A stretch of DNA of 52,928 nucleotides from Gammaproteobacteria bacterium (GTDB lineage Bacteria > Pseudomonadota > Gammaproteobacteria > M30B25): the NCBI GenBank assembly GCA_018402195.1, contig JAGYIW010000006.1, forward strand, positions 1 to 52,928, written 5' to 3'. The position numbers and the translations under genes were made by a program. Within the stretch, counting starts at the first letter, position 1. The number at the start of each line of letters is the position of its first letter. Under the pieces are notes generated by a model that saw only the letters and a program-made list of their open reading frames with translations, had not been told where the DNA came from and ran no database searches. Positions 29,500 through 39,359 of the stretch are shown piece by piece.

Positions 29500-31008
29500 T
29501 TAGTCAACCAAATTCCCCTTCATGTGGAGTGTCTTGAAAGCTTTATTATCTTTCAAATGCTTTTTAAGCTTAGTATGCCCTTCGTTGGCAATGATGTTGT
29601 GCTGCATCCCCAATACCACAAGTCGCGGATGATGATCTAATGCCTTGGCAAGATGGCTTGCCCCCGTGTCACCAATTCGATTGTCCATCAAATATAAATG
29701 TTCCAGCCGTTGATTGACCTCAAGACCTTCGCTTAAATGAGCAATGCCTAAATCACCCAAATTATTACTACTGATATCAATGGCGATCAAAGTATTGTTG
29801 TTAGCCAGCGCCTGAGCCAAACTTTTGGCACCATCATGACCAAATGCATTATGGTTAAATTCTAAATGCGTAATGGATTCATGATTCTTGATGACATTGG
29901 CGAGCAGTTGCGCACCATGATCACTGATATCATTGTGCCCCAGGCCTAACACTTTGAGATTGTTATGGCGCTTAATGGCGCTTGAAAGTCTATGAACCCC
30001 CCCGTCTTTGAGCCTATTTTGACTCAAATACAAGGTGCTCATGTGTGATTGCTTGTCTAGCCATGACGCCAAATGATCGGCGCCTTGGTGAGTGATGCGG
30101 TTGTTGGCCAAATCTAGCCAGCGCAAATGTGGATGTCCATCCAGTCCAGCTAGTAAAATAGACAAATAACGATCACTTAATCGATTGCTAAAAAATGCCA
30201 ATGATTGTAGCTCAGTATTCGCTTTTAATCCCTGCGCTAGTGCTTTTACTCCGTTTAAGCTTGGACGCACATCCCCTAACTGTAAGGCTTCTAGTCCACT
30301 ATGTTTCCTCAGCATATTTCCAATGGCGCTAAAATCATTGTCATTGAGTGGGTTGCCATTGAGCACTAATTTTTTTAATGGTGGATGTTGTGCCAATACC
30401 TCCATCAACTCACTGAATCCTTGGCCAGTTAAGGTATTGTTGCTTAAGTATAACGCTTGGATGTTTGTAGCTAGCAAGCCTTTTGCCAAAGGCAGTATAT
30501 CTGCTCCTCTCAAGCCACAATTGGTCAGGCCTAGTTGTGCTAAAGAACGAGAAGTTTGGGCGGCATTGACCACCGCCTGAATACCAGCCTTTCCTAGAGG
30601 GTTGTGGCTAAGATCAAGCACATGTAAATGTGGCTGGCTTTTGATAATTGACATTAATATTGACACGTTGGTGGGACCCAACTCATTACCAGCCAAACGC
30701 AAAGTTTGCAGACAGTCTTCCGGCAAGTGGCTAAACCAATGTTCCAGGCCTTTCTTTTGGAGATGATTGCCAGCAAGATCCAAAGCTACTCTGACCCGTT
30801 GCCCAGCCATTTTGGCATTGAGCAAGCGCAGACAATCATTACTGAGGTGCTCGTCAACTAACTGAATATGGGGCGGTGATTGATTTAGGCCTTGATCTAT
30901 TTTATCTAGGATTGTCAGGGGGCAGTTTGGCGCTACTTGCATGGCAGCTGTAGGAAGCATAATCCCAAACAACAGCAGGCAACATCCTTTCTTGAACATC
31001 GCAACCAC
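29500..31008 (-). CDS. Leucine-rich repeat protein (RNI/NLRC3-like 28-aa repeats) with signal peptide
   Basis: Repeated LxxLxLxxNxIxDxGAxxLAxxL; N-terminal hydrophobic leader. Confidence 0.9.
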   Translation of the reverse strand: MVAMFKKGCCLLLFGIMLPTAAMQVAPNCPLTILDKIDQGLNQSPPHIQLVDEHLSNDCLRLLNAKMAGQRVRVALDLAGNHLQKKGLEHWFSHLPEDCLQTLRLAGNELGPTNVSILMSIIKSQPHLHVLDLSHNPLGKAGIQAVVNAAQTSRSLAQLGLTNCGLRGADILPLAKGLLATNIQALYLSNNTLTGQGFSELMEVLAQHPPLKKLVLNGNPLNDNDFSAIGNMLRKHSGLEALQLGDVRPSLNGVKALAQGLKANTELQSLAFFSNRLSDRYLSILLAGLDGHPHLRWLDLANNRITHQGADHLASWLDKQSHMSTLYLSQNRLKDGGVHRLSSAIKRHNNLKVLGLGHNDISDHGAQLLANVIKNHESITHLEFNHNAFGHDGAKSLAQALANNNTLIAIDISSNNLGDLGIAHLSEGLEVNQRLEHLYLMDNRIGDTGASHLAKALDHHPRLVVLGMQHNIIANEGHTKLKKHLKDNKAFKTLHMKGNLVD

Positions 31009-31010
31009 CT

Positions 31011-31955
31011 TTATTGTTCAATGATGATGTTTGATTTCAAGCCACGTAATTTATCAAGTGCATCATCACTACCTTCTTGAAGCACCGTAAAATTCAAATC
31101 CCAGAAATTCAAACTAGGATGTACTGCAATGGCCTGGATCAAGGATGCCAGCCCATCTTTGCTGAAGCGGTTGTCTGCAGTACTCAGGTGATGCAGAGAC
31201 CACAGGTGTGGCAAAAGCCTTCTCAAAGACTGGACAGCAATATCATCTAATTGGGTATTGTCCAAAGCGAGATGATGCAAGACGTGGTCGTCTTTTAAGC
31301 TCAAGTAAGACAAATCTAATCCCATCAAGGCATTATTATTCAAAATTAAAAATTTGGGCAGGCCCTCACCTTCAAGCACACCAAACACGCAAGCACCACC
31401 TTCAGCCTGAATACCGGTATTCTCTAAATCTAACATCCATAAAGCTGAACGTTGCTTGAGGTGCTGCATCATTACACAAGTGCCCCTATCGCCCAGCATG
31501 GTATCAGATAAAATCAAGGTACTCAGTGCTCGGTGACCTTGAGCATACGTACCTAAAGCAACCGCGCTAGCTTCAGTAAGTGGGTTTTTGTGCAAATTAA
31601 GAAGCTGCAGTTGACTACCATGCAAATCAACCAGGAGATTGGCCAGGCCATCGTCACCAATTTTATTGTTGGATAAATTTAATGAGGTGATATTTTCTTG
31701 CACCCTAAACACAGGCAACAAATCATTTAAACAAGCATCATCTATGCCCAAATTAGATAAATCCATATCGGCATGGTCGAGTTCAAGCATCAATGCTTCT
31801 GCCGTATTGCCTAAGCAATGCTCAAATTGCCGCTCTTGTTCAAAGCTAGACATCACCAGGCCAACACTTTCTTTGCTTTTTTCTGAATTGCTCGTTTGGC
31901 AACCTACAAGTGTTAACAGTCCTAACGTAAAGATAAAACTTTTCCTTAATCCCAT
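31011..31955 (-). CDS. Leucine-rich repeat lipoprotein
   Basis: Lipobox LVGC; RNI-type LRRs. Confidence 0.85.
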   Translation of the reverse strand: MGLRKSFIFTLGLLTLVGCQTSNSEKSKESVGLVMSSFEQERQFEHCLGNTAEALMLELDHADMDLSNLGIDDACLNDLLPVFRVQENITSLNLSNNKIGDDGLANLLVDLHGSQLQLLNLHKNPLTEASAVALGTYAQGHRALSTLILSDTMLGDRGTCVMMQHLKQRSALWMLDLENTGIQAEGGACVFGVLEGEGLPKFLILNNNALMGLDLSYLSLKDDHVLHHLALDNTQLDDIAVQSLRRLLPHLWSLHHLSTADNRFSKDGLASLIQAIAVHPSLNFWDLNFTVLQEGSDDALDKLRGLKSNIIIEQ

Positions 31956-31970
31956 ACCACCCTCCCTGGG

Positions 31971-32609
31971 CTAGAGAATTACTTTCACACCCCCGTCCGC
32001 AAGAGATGTCTGCCAAAATGCCTTTTGCCCAGAATCAATATTATTGTTACCCAAGTGCAGATAGGTGATATTTTTGTTATTCTTCAGCAAATGAATACAT
32101 ACTTTGACTCCATCATTGCCTAGATGGTTACCGTAAAGATACAGACTTCTGAGGCCACGGTTGTTTGTTAGACCTTTGATTAGATCTGTCACCCCACTGA
32201 GCGTGAGATGATTGTTGCCCAAGTCTATACGCGACAACGTGCGGTTGACCATCAGCATATCGCCTAGTGCTTTTGCTCCCAATTCATTGAAAGTGTTGTC
32301 ATCCAATACCAAAGCCTTAAGCTTAGTATTGGTTTCCAATGTCTTGGCCAAGGCCTCAATGCCAGTATCACCAATTTGGTTAGATGCTAGGCGAAGCACA
32401 ACCACATCTTTGTTTGCCAACCAGCCTGCAAGTGAGATGGCACAAGCATCATCAATGTTCATGCGATTAAGCTTGAGTTGGTTGGCCATGCCAAGCTTGA
32501 TGTTATTGACTTCAGCATTCACCACATCTGAGCAGCCCTCAAGACCCATGGCCAAAGAGCAATATCCTATTAGCAGCGTTGCAAAAACTTGCTTAAGATT
32601 AAGCATCAC
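31971..32609 (-). CDS. Short leucine-rich repeat protein with signal peptide
   Basis: LRLASNQIGDTGIEALAKTLETNTKLKAL repeats; leader ending SLA-MG. Confidence 0.85.
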   Translation of the reverse strand: MMLNLKQVFATLLIGYCSLAMGLEGCSDVVNAEVNNIKLGMANQLKLNRMNIDDACAISLAGWLANKDVVVLRLASNQIGDTGIEALAKTLETNTKLKALVLDDNTFNELGAKALGDMLMVNRTLSRIDLGNNHLTLSGVTDLIKGLTNNRGLRSLYLYGNHLGNDGVKVCIHLLKNNKNITYLHLGNNNIDSGQKAFWQTSLADGGVKVIL

Positions 32610-32808
32610 GACCTCCTATGTCTTTGTTGTCCCATTTAGTATGATTATAGCAAAAACCCAGCTGATTAACAGTGAATTATTTTTTGTAGCCCTGCAGCCT
32701 TAGATATTGCTCTTAACTTTAGGCGTTTCTTCATCTTTAGTCTCCTGTTTCATTAAAATTTAACAAAAACTCTTCTTTTGGGCAGTCTTATGCTAGGGCA
32801 AGGTTATC

Positions 32809-32934
32809 CTTGTTGTTTCATGAACAATGTTGCAACAAACTTACTACAGAATATAGTTTTCCCCGAAAATTTTATTTTACTTGCACCTGCAAAATAGAAA
32901 AAATCAACTACTTATAATTCACCGAGCATTGCTG
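32809..32934. mobile_element. Solo IS left-end fragment
   Basis: Matches 1392-1513 and 29338-29459; ends TTCACCGAGCATTGCTG. Confidence 0.85.
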
Positions 32935-33070
32935 ACCTCATGACCGCGGGAAGGGGGAGTGTCCGAAGCAATTTTGCCCAAATATGCTGCAAAAATGACT
33001 TCAGTCTTGATAATAGAAAGCAAAGCTCCTATAGTATGTGTCTGTTTTAAAGAAAAATAACGAACTTTGA

Positions 33071-36000
33071 ATGAACGAATCTTCAGTGCCCTTTTCCTTT
33101 CCTGAACAAGAAGAATCAATCTTGGCATTTTGGCACGAAAACAAGATTTTCGCCAAAAGTCTCGCACAAACACAAGACAACGAATCTTTCATCTTCTACG
33201 ATGGCCCACCTTTCGCCACCGGCCTTCCACACCACGGCCATTTACTAGCCTCAACCATGAAAGACATCATACCGCGCTATCAAACCATGCATGGCAAACA
33301 CGTAGTACGCCGCTTTGGCTGGGACTGCCATGGCCTGCCTATTGAATATGAAATCGATAAAAAACTGGGCATGAACGCCCAGCAAGCCGTCAAAAAACTC
33401 GGCATCGCTGGCTACAACCAAGAATGCCGCGCCATTGTCCAGCGCTACGCCAACCAATGGCGCACTACCATAGAACGCCTGGGGCGATGGGTTGATTTTG
33501 ACAACGACTACAAAACCATGGACACCAAATTCATGGAATCAGTATGGTGGGTATTGCGCCAACTCTGGGACAAAGATTTGATCTACAAAGGCGTCAAAGT
33601 GGTACCATTCTCTACTGCCTTGGGCACAGGCTTATCCAATTTCGAAGCCAGTTCCAACTACCAAGACGTACAAGACCCTGCTCTCACGGTGCTTTTCCGT
33701 CTAGAAGATGAAGATGCCTACATGGCTGCCTGGACCACCACACCATGGACCTTACCATCCAACCTAGGCCTCTGTGTTGGCCCAGACATCGACTATGTCA
33801 AAACCAAAGACAGTGATACTCAGCAAGTTATCTACTTCGCCAAAACCCGATTAGAAAACTATCAAAATAAGCATAATCTTGAAGTGTTAGAAACCTGTAA
33901 GGGCTCCGATTTAGCTGGTAAACATTATCAGCCACTATTTCAAGATTTTATCAATGAAAAACAACGTGGTGCATTTCAAATCCTAACCGGTGATTTTGTT
34001 ACAACCACCGACGGTACCGGTATTGTCCACTGCGCCCCCGCCTTTGGCGAAAATGATAGTTTAGCCTTCAAAGCCGCAGGGATCGAAGCACTGGTCTGCC
34101 CTATCGATGATCACGGATACTTCACAGAAGAGGTTTCTGAACTCGCCGGCATGTCACTCAAAGATGCTAACAAAGCCATTGCCCAAAAGCTTAAACAAGA
34201 CAGAACACTGTATCAACATGATACCATTGTCCATAGTTACCCATTTTGCCCGAGATCTGATACACCTCTGATCTATAAAGCCATCCCATCTTGGTACGTG
34301 AATGTAGAAACACTACATGAAAAACTCATGGCCAACAATGACAAAATCCACTGGGTGCCCGAACATATCCAACATGGTCGCTTTGGCAAATGGCTTGCTA
34401 ATGCTAGAGATTGGGCCATCTCCCGCAATCGTGTCTGGGGCACGCCCTTACCCATATGGATCAATGATATCACAGGCTCAGCCCACTGCATCGGCAGCAA
34501 ACAAGAGCTAGAAGAGCTTACTGGAACAACTCTGGACGATTTACATCGTGAGCATGTTGATCATCTTACCTTTGAAAAACCCGACGAAGAAGGGGTTTAC
34601 CGCCGCATCACCGAAGTCTTAGACTGCTGGTTTGAATCTGGATCTATGCCCTATGCACAAAATCACTACCCTTTCGAAAACAAAGACCACTTTGACAAAA
34701 GCTTCCCCGCCCAGTTTATTGCTGAAGGTGTCGACCAAACCCGCGCCTGGTTCTATACCCTACATGTCCTATCGTCTGCACTTTTTGACAAACCCGCCTT
34801 CCTCAATGTCATTGTCAACGGTATAGTCATCGCTGCTGACGGCAAAAAAATGTCTAAACGCCTAAGAAACTACACCCCTCCAGATGAGCTGATGTCTATG
34901 TACGGTGCTGATGCACTACGATTATACTTGATCAACTCTGGTCTGGTTAAAGCTGAAGAACAACGCTTTAATGACGAGGGTGTTAAAGACATGATCCGTC
35001 GCACACTTTTGCCATGGTACAATGCCTTTACTTTCTTTAAAACCTATGCTGACATTGATCAATGGACACCTAAACAACATCTTCAAAGATCTGAGCATTG
35101 GCTAGATCGTTGGATTCTTTCCCGCCTCGCCTCCATCAAACACGATATTGCCAACCACATGGCCAATTATCATCTCTACTTGGTGGTACCAGCCCTGTTG
35201 GATTTTATTGAAGATCTCACCAACACCTATATCCGTCTCAATCGCCAACGTTTTTGGACCGAGTCACTTGATGAAGATAAATGTGCAGCTTACAGGACCT
35301 TATACACTGTCATTCGTGACTTAACGCTAATGATGGCACCATTTACGCCCTTTTTGGCGGAAACTATCTTCCAAGCTCTCAGAATATTAGATGTCAATGC
35401 ACCAGAATCTGTCCATCTGTGTACTTATCCTAAGCCCAGTGACGATGCAATTGATCAAGATTTAGAACTGGCTGTAAGCAAAATGACGCAAATCATTTTA
35501 CTTGGCCGGCAAAAACGCAACGATGCCAAAATCAAAGTTAAAACACCACTGCCGAGCTTGACCATCATTCATCGTGATGAATATTTGCTAGAGACACTGA
35601 AAGTGTTAGAGCCTGTTATTGCGCGTGAGCTTAATGTCAAAACAGTGCACTATGATTCTAACGAGGCCGAATACATCAAACTCTATGCCAAACCCAACTC
35701 ACCTGTGCTTGGCAAACGTTTTGGCAGTAACTTTAAGACCATCAAAGAATTAATTGAAGGGCTGTCTGCCGAAGAATTAGATGCCTTTGAAGCAGAAGGC
35801 TGCTTAACACTAAACGGTGAAATATTTGGTAGTGACGATTTATTGCTGTTCCGAGAAAGCCTACAACCTGACAACGTGCTCACCAATCGCATGATCACCA
35901 TCAAGCTTGATACCAACTTGACACCTAAACTCATTCAAGAAGGCCTAGCAAGAGAAGTAGTCAACCGCATTCAAAAATCCCGCAAAGATGCAGGACTACA

Positions 36001-36202
36001 TGTTTCTGACCGGATTCGTTTAAAATACCAATCCCATGCAACTATTGCAGCTGCCATAGAAGCGTACAAAGCAAATATCAGCAAAGATACTTTGTGCGTT
36101 TCGCTAAACATGGAACCAGGCAACCCTGAAGGCTTTAAGCATGATATTGATGACATGACATTGACGCTGTGGATTGAACCGGTACTCGACTCCTCCAAAT
36201 AG
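33071..36202 (+). CDS. ileS: Isoleucyl-tRNA synthetase, type 2 (eukaryote/archaea-like)
   Basis: DGPPFATGLPHHGH, GWDCHGLPIE, WTTTPWTLPSN, KKMSKRLRNY; C-terminal EGLAREVVNRIQ without the type-1 zinc finger; 1043 aa. Confidence 0.95.
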   Translation: MNESSVPFSFPEQEESILAFWHENKIFAKSLAQTQDNESFIFYDGPPFATGLPHHGHLLASTMKDIIPRYQTMHGKHVVRRFGWDCHGLPIEYEIDKKLGMNAQQAVKKLGIAGYNQECRAIVQRYANQWRTTIERLGRWVDFDNDYKTMDTKFMESVWWVLRQLWDKDLIYKGVKVVPFSTALGTGLSNFEASSNYQDVQDPALTVLFRLEDEDAYMAAWTTTPWTLPSNLGLCVGPDIDYVKTKDSDTQQVIYFAKTRLENYQNKHNLEVLETCKGSDLAGKHYQPLFQDFINEKQRGAFQILTGDFVTTTDGTGIVHCAPAFGENDSLAFKAAGIEALVCPIDDHGYFTEEVSELAGMSLKDANKAIAQKLKQDRTLYQHDTIVHSYPFCPRSDTPLIYKAIPSWYVNVETLHEKLMANNDKIHWVPEHIQHGRFGKWLANARDWAISRNRVWGTPLPIWINDITGSAHCIGSKQELEELTGTTLDDLHREHVDHLTFEKPDEEGVYRRITEVLDCWFESGSMPYAQNHYPFENKDHFDKSFPAQFIAEGVDQTRAWFYTLHVLSSALFDKPAFLNVIVNGIVIAADGKKMSKRLRNYTPPDELMSMYGADALRLYLINSGLVKAEEQRFNDEGVKDMIRRTLLPWYNAFTFFKTYADIDQWTPKQHLQRSEHWLDRWILSRLASIKHDIANHMANYHLYLVVPALLDFIEDLTNTYIRLNRQRFWTESLDEDKCAAYRTLYTVIRDLTLMMAPFTPFLAETIFQALRILDVNAPESVHLCTYPKPSDDAIDQDLELAVSKMTQIILLGRQKRNDAKIKVKTPLPSLTIIHRDEYLLETLKVLEPVIARELNVKTVHYDSNEAEYIKLYAKPNSPVLGKRFGSNFKTIKELIEGLSAEELDAFEAEGCLTLNGEIFGSDDLLLFRESLQPDNVLTNRMITIKLDTNLTPKLIQEGLAREVVNRIQKSRKDAGLHVSDRIRLKYQSHATIAAAIEAYKANISKDTLCVSLNMEPGNPEGFKHDIDDMTLTLWIEPVLDSSK

Positions 36203-36292
36203 ATAACATTTAACATCTCTGATCACTAACTGCTCGCTCGCCTCTCTTGCTATTTTGTCTAACTGAGCAAAAATCGACAACAGTTTTTCTTC

Positions 36293-36320
36293 ATCTCAAA
36301 TCTCAAATCTCAAATCTCAT
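36293..36320. repeat. Heptamer tandem repeat (ATCTCAA)x~4
   Basis: ATCTCAA ATCTCAA ATCTCAA ATCTCAT. Confidence 0.7.
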
Positions 36321-36401
36321 ATTTGATTGAAATTTAACAGAAAACTCTTTTTTTGGGCAGTTTTATTCTAGGGGAGGGTTACCGTTACCATAAAATAACC
36401 A

Positions 36402-37271
36402 TCAAGAAACCAACTCAGACCAGTGCATAAGTTTCGCCAACATGGATACCACCTTACGCCGCATCTCATGTCTATGCACAATCATATCAATGGCACCATG
36501 ATCCAACAGAAATTCACTACGCTGAAAACCCTTGGGCAAAGTCTCGCCGACAGTTTGCTCAATCACTCTTGGGCCAGCAAAACCAATCAAAGCATTGGGT
36601 TCAGCCAACTGAATATCACCCAGCATCCCCAAACTTGCTGAAACCCCTCCCATCGAAGGATCGGTCAGCACACAAATATAAGGTAATCGGCACTCAGCTA
36701 ACTTAGAAAGCACTGCACTGGTTTTGGCCATTTGCATCAAAGAAAATAAACCCTCCTGCATACGTGCCCCACCGCTGGCTGTAAAACAGACAAAGGGGAT
36801 ATTTGCTTCCAAACAGGCATTTACACCCTGAACAAAACGCTCACCCACCCCAGAACTCATTGAACCACCAATAAATCCAAAATCAAATGCTGCTGAAACC
36901 AATGGCATACCCAGCACTGTGCCCTTTATGACAATCAATGCTTCTTTCTCCCCAGTTTTTTTCTGGGCGGCGGCAATACGATCTTTGTAACGTTTAGAGT
37001 CTTTAAATTTTAACCAATCAGTAGCCTCAATATCGCTGGCTATTTCAACACGATTTTGCTCATCCAAAAAATGCTCTAGACGCTCACGTCCAGAAAGTCG
37101 CATGTGATAATCACACTTTGGACAAACGTTGAGATTTTTTTCTAACTCAGTGCGAAACAAAATGGCATCACAATGATCACACTTGGTCCACACCCCCTCT
37201 GGCACGCCTTTTTTATCGCTTGACCCAGAAGAAAGAATGCCACTGGGGATTAATTTGTCATACCAGCTCAT
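36402..37271 (-). CDS. accD: Acetyl-CoA carboxylase carboxyltransferase beta
   Basis: WTKCDHC..VCPKC zinc finger, [24 protein letters not shown]. Confidence 0.97.
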   Translation of the reverse strand: MSWYDKLIPSGILSSGSSDKKGVPEGVWTKCDHCDAILFRTELEKNLNVCPKCDYHMRLSGRERLEHFLDEQNRVEIASDIEATDWLKFKDSKRYKDRIAAAQKKTGEKEALIVIKGTVLGMPLVSAAFDFGFIGGSMSSGVGERFVQGVNACLEANIPFVCFTASGGARMQEGLFSLMQMAKTSAVLSKLAECRLPYICVLTDPSMGGVSASLGMLGDIQLAEPNALIGFAGPRVIEQTVGETLPKGFQRSEFLLDHGAIDMIVHRHEMRRKVVSMLAKLMHWSELVS

Positions 37272-37284
37272 CGACCACGCCTCA

Positions 37285-38166
37285 TCATATTTGCCCGTGT
37301 GGCGATGTTAGCACAGATGCCGCCAATCTGTCATGTGACAAAGCAAAGTGTCTAAAATCCCAACCAAAAAGTGATAAATCTGGCGAAGGCAAATCGTGAT
37401 GCTTCGGGTAAAGTACTTCTAATAAATACAAGCCCTTGGCTTCAACTTTTTCTGCTGCCTGACGGCGATCTTGGCTGCGCAAAACCTGCGCCAACCACGT
37501 CCGAGACCGCTCACCTTTACCCACCATCAACAATGACCCAACAATATTACGCACCATGTGGTGCAAAAACGCATTGGCGGCAATATCAATGACAATGTTT
37601 TCCCCCAAAGTATACACTGCCAAATGGGTAACAGTACGAGTCGCCGTTTTTGCCTGACATTGGCTACTGCGAAAAGCACTAAAATCATGCTCACCCACCA
37701 AAGATTTTGCTGCCTGCTGCATATCTTTGATAGACAAAGGCTGGTGCACACGCAACACATGCTCATGACGAACTGCAGAAGGTGCACTTTGCGGTGAAAT
37801 CAAATACACATAACGCCGCTGCAACGCACTAAAGCGAGCATGGAAGCTGGCAGAAACTGGACTAACCCAGCGCACGGCAATATTGTCAGGCAATTGGGTA
37901 TTGATGCCCATCAGCCACTGATAAGGTGTACGCTCCACCAAAACGTCAGCATGCACCACCTGGCCTAAAGCATGCACTCCACTATCCGTGCGCCCAGAAG
38001 CAATAATCTTAATCGGATGATTGGCAACGAAACCCACAGCTTCTTCAAGATATTGCTGCCCCGACGGCCCGGTGGTTTGAGTTTGCCAACCCTGAAAGCC
38101 TTTGCCTAAGTAATCTACACCCAATGCCAAACGCATGACAACACCATAAAATTCAATTACTTTCAT
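37285..38166 (-). CDS. truA: tRNA pseudouridine(38-40) synthase
   Basis: [35 protein letters not shown]; likely start ~38136. Confidence 0.96.
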   Translation of the reverse strand: MKVIEFYGVVMRLALGVDYLGKGFQGWQTQTTGPSGQQYLEEAVGFVANHPIKIIASGRTDSGVHALGQVVHADVLVERTPYQWLMGINTQLPDNIAVRWVSPVSASFHARFSALQRRYVYLISPQSAPSAVRHEHVLRVHQPLSIKDMQQAAKSLVGEHDFSAFRSSQCQAKTATRTVTHLAVYTLGENIVIDIAANAFLHHMVRNIVGSLLMVGKGERSRTWLAQVLRSQDRRQAAEKVEAKGLYLLEVLYPKHHDLPSPDLSLFGWDFRHFALSHDRLAASVLTSPHGQI

Positions 38167-38261
38167 AATGTTAGCATATTGCTAATATTGAGGCAATGTT
38201 AAAGAATTGATCACCATTGCATGGTTTGCTATAGTCTCGTAGTTGCATATAAGGAGGTGAT

Positions 38262-39224
38262 ATGAATCGTTTGATTAGAGGGCTTGGTTTATGGTTGTTT
38301 TCCCTGACCATCGTGGCGCTACCTCCGGCTTATGGCCCCACTTCTGCTAAAGAAGATCTCTGGCATGTTGCCAAAACTTATCAGCAAGATACTTCAGGCA
38401 CCACAGTTCAGCAATGGATGTTAGCGCTTTTCAGAACCAACAGCCAAGCATTTAAACACAACAACATGAATGGGCTAATGGCTGGGTATACCCTAAAAGC
38501 ACCACCCATACGTTTTGTGAGCTCTGTTAGCGACAAAGCAGCTGAAGAGATCTTGCACAAACACAACGTCTCCTGGAAGCAAGGGGGCATTGCCCTTATT
38601 CGCTATGCATCAGCCTGGCCGTTCAGTAAAATGCAACCACTAAACAGCCATGTGGCATCACTAGACAAACGCGTCAGTGAGCTGAGTCGTTCATTTGAAG
38701 CCCTACAAATCCATTTAGAAAGCCGCTACAGTGAGTTGACGAGAAAAGCCCACCAAGTACAACAGACTTTGGCCATGATTAACAGTGGGTTGACCCACTT
38801 ACAAGGCCAAGGCTCTATTGGTACATCTAAAAACACAGTGGCCAGCAACGATGTGGATTGGTACAGTGTCTGGGGGCACACCAAATCCCAATGGTTTGCA
38901 CCCACCAGTTTGCGTGTAGCATCTGCTGCTGCATTTCTTTTGATATTGATGATGATTTGGGTACTATCTGCACCACACATGCAGCCACTGAAAGTCACCA
39001 GCCGCTATCCTCATGAATCTGAAGATGAAGAAGACGACCTCAGTGACGAATACGACTTCATGAGCTCTGCAGAAAGCATCCCTGCGCGCTTGGACCTTGC
39101 CAGAGCTTACATGGACATGGATGATCTTGAAAGTGCCAGAGATGTTTTGGAGAAAGTCCTAGCCAATTGTTCAGAGAGTCGTTTCGTGCAAAAAGCCAAA
39201 GTCATGCTAGCTTCGTTAGATTAA
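38262..39224 (+). CDS. FimV/HubP-like protein (short)
   Basis: YGPT..LW..QWMLALFRTNSQAF..NMNGL LysM-like region, TM, C-terminal RLDLARAYMDMDD..ARDVLEKV; adjacent to truA. Confidence 0.8.
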   Translation: MNRLIRGLGLWLFSLTIVALPPAYGPTSAKEDLWHVAKTYQQDTSGTTVQQWMLALFRTNSQAFKHNNMNGLMAGYTLKAPPIRFVSSVSDKAAEEILHKHNVSWKQGGIALIRYASAWPFSKMQPLNSHVASLDKRVSELSRSFEALQIHLESRYSELTRKAHQVQQTLAMINSGLTHLQGQGSIGTSKNTVASNDVDWYSVWGHTKSQWFAPTSLRVASAAAFLLILMMIWVLSAPHMQPLKVTSRYPHESEDEEDDLSDEYDFMSSAESIPARLDLARAYMDMDDLESARDVLEKVLANCSESRFVQKAKVMLASLD

Positions 39225-39359
39225 AAGACGACAGATCCTCTGACATGCAAAGATCTTCAGCTGCTTGCTGACTGCCCCAAGGACTACTTTAGTCATCTTT
39301 TTCGCATCTCTACTTTTTTCAATTTGCTATATCAACATCACTATGACATCTTTCTTAAT

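Noticed and set aside
26365-32943. Target-site duplication for cassette copy 2
   Set aside because: Left flank CTCTTTATT matches neither GTAGGCGGT (after 29459) nor ACCTCATGA (after 32934).
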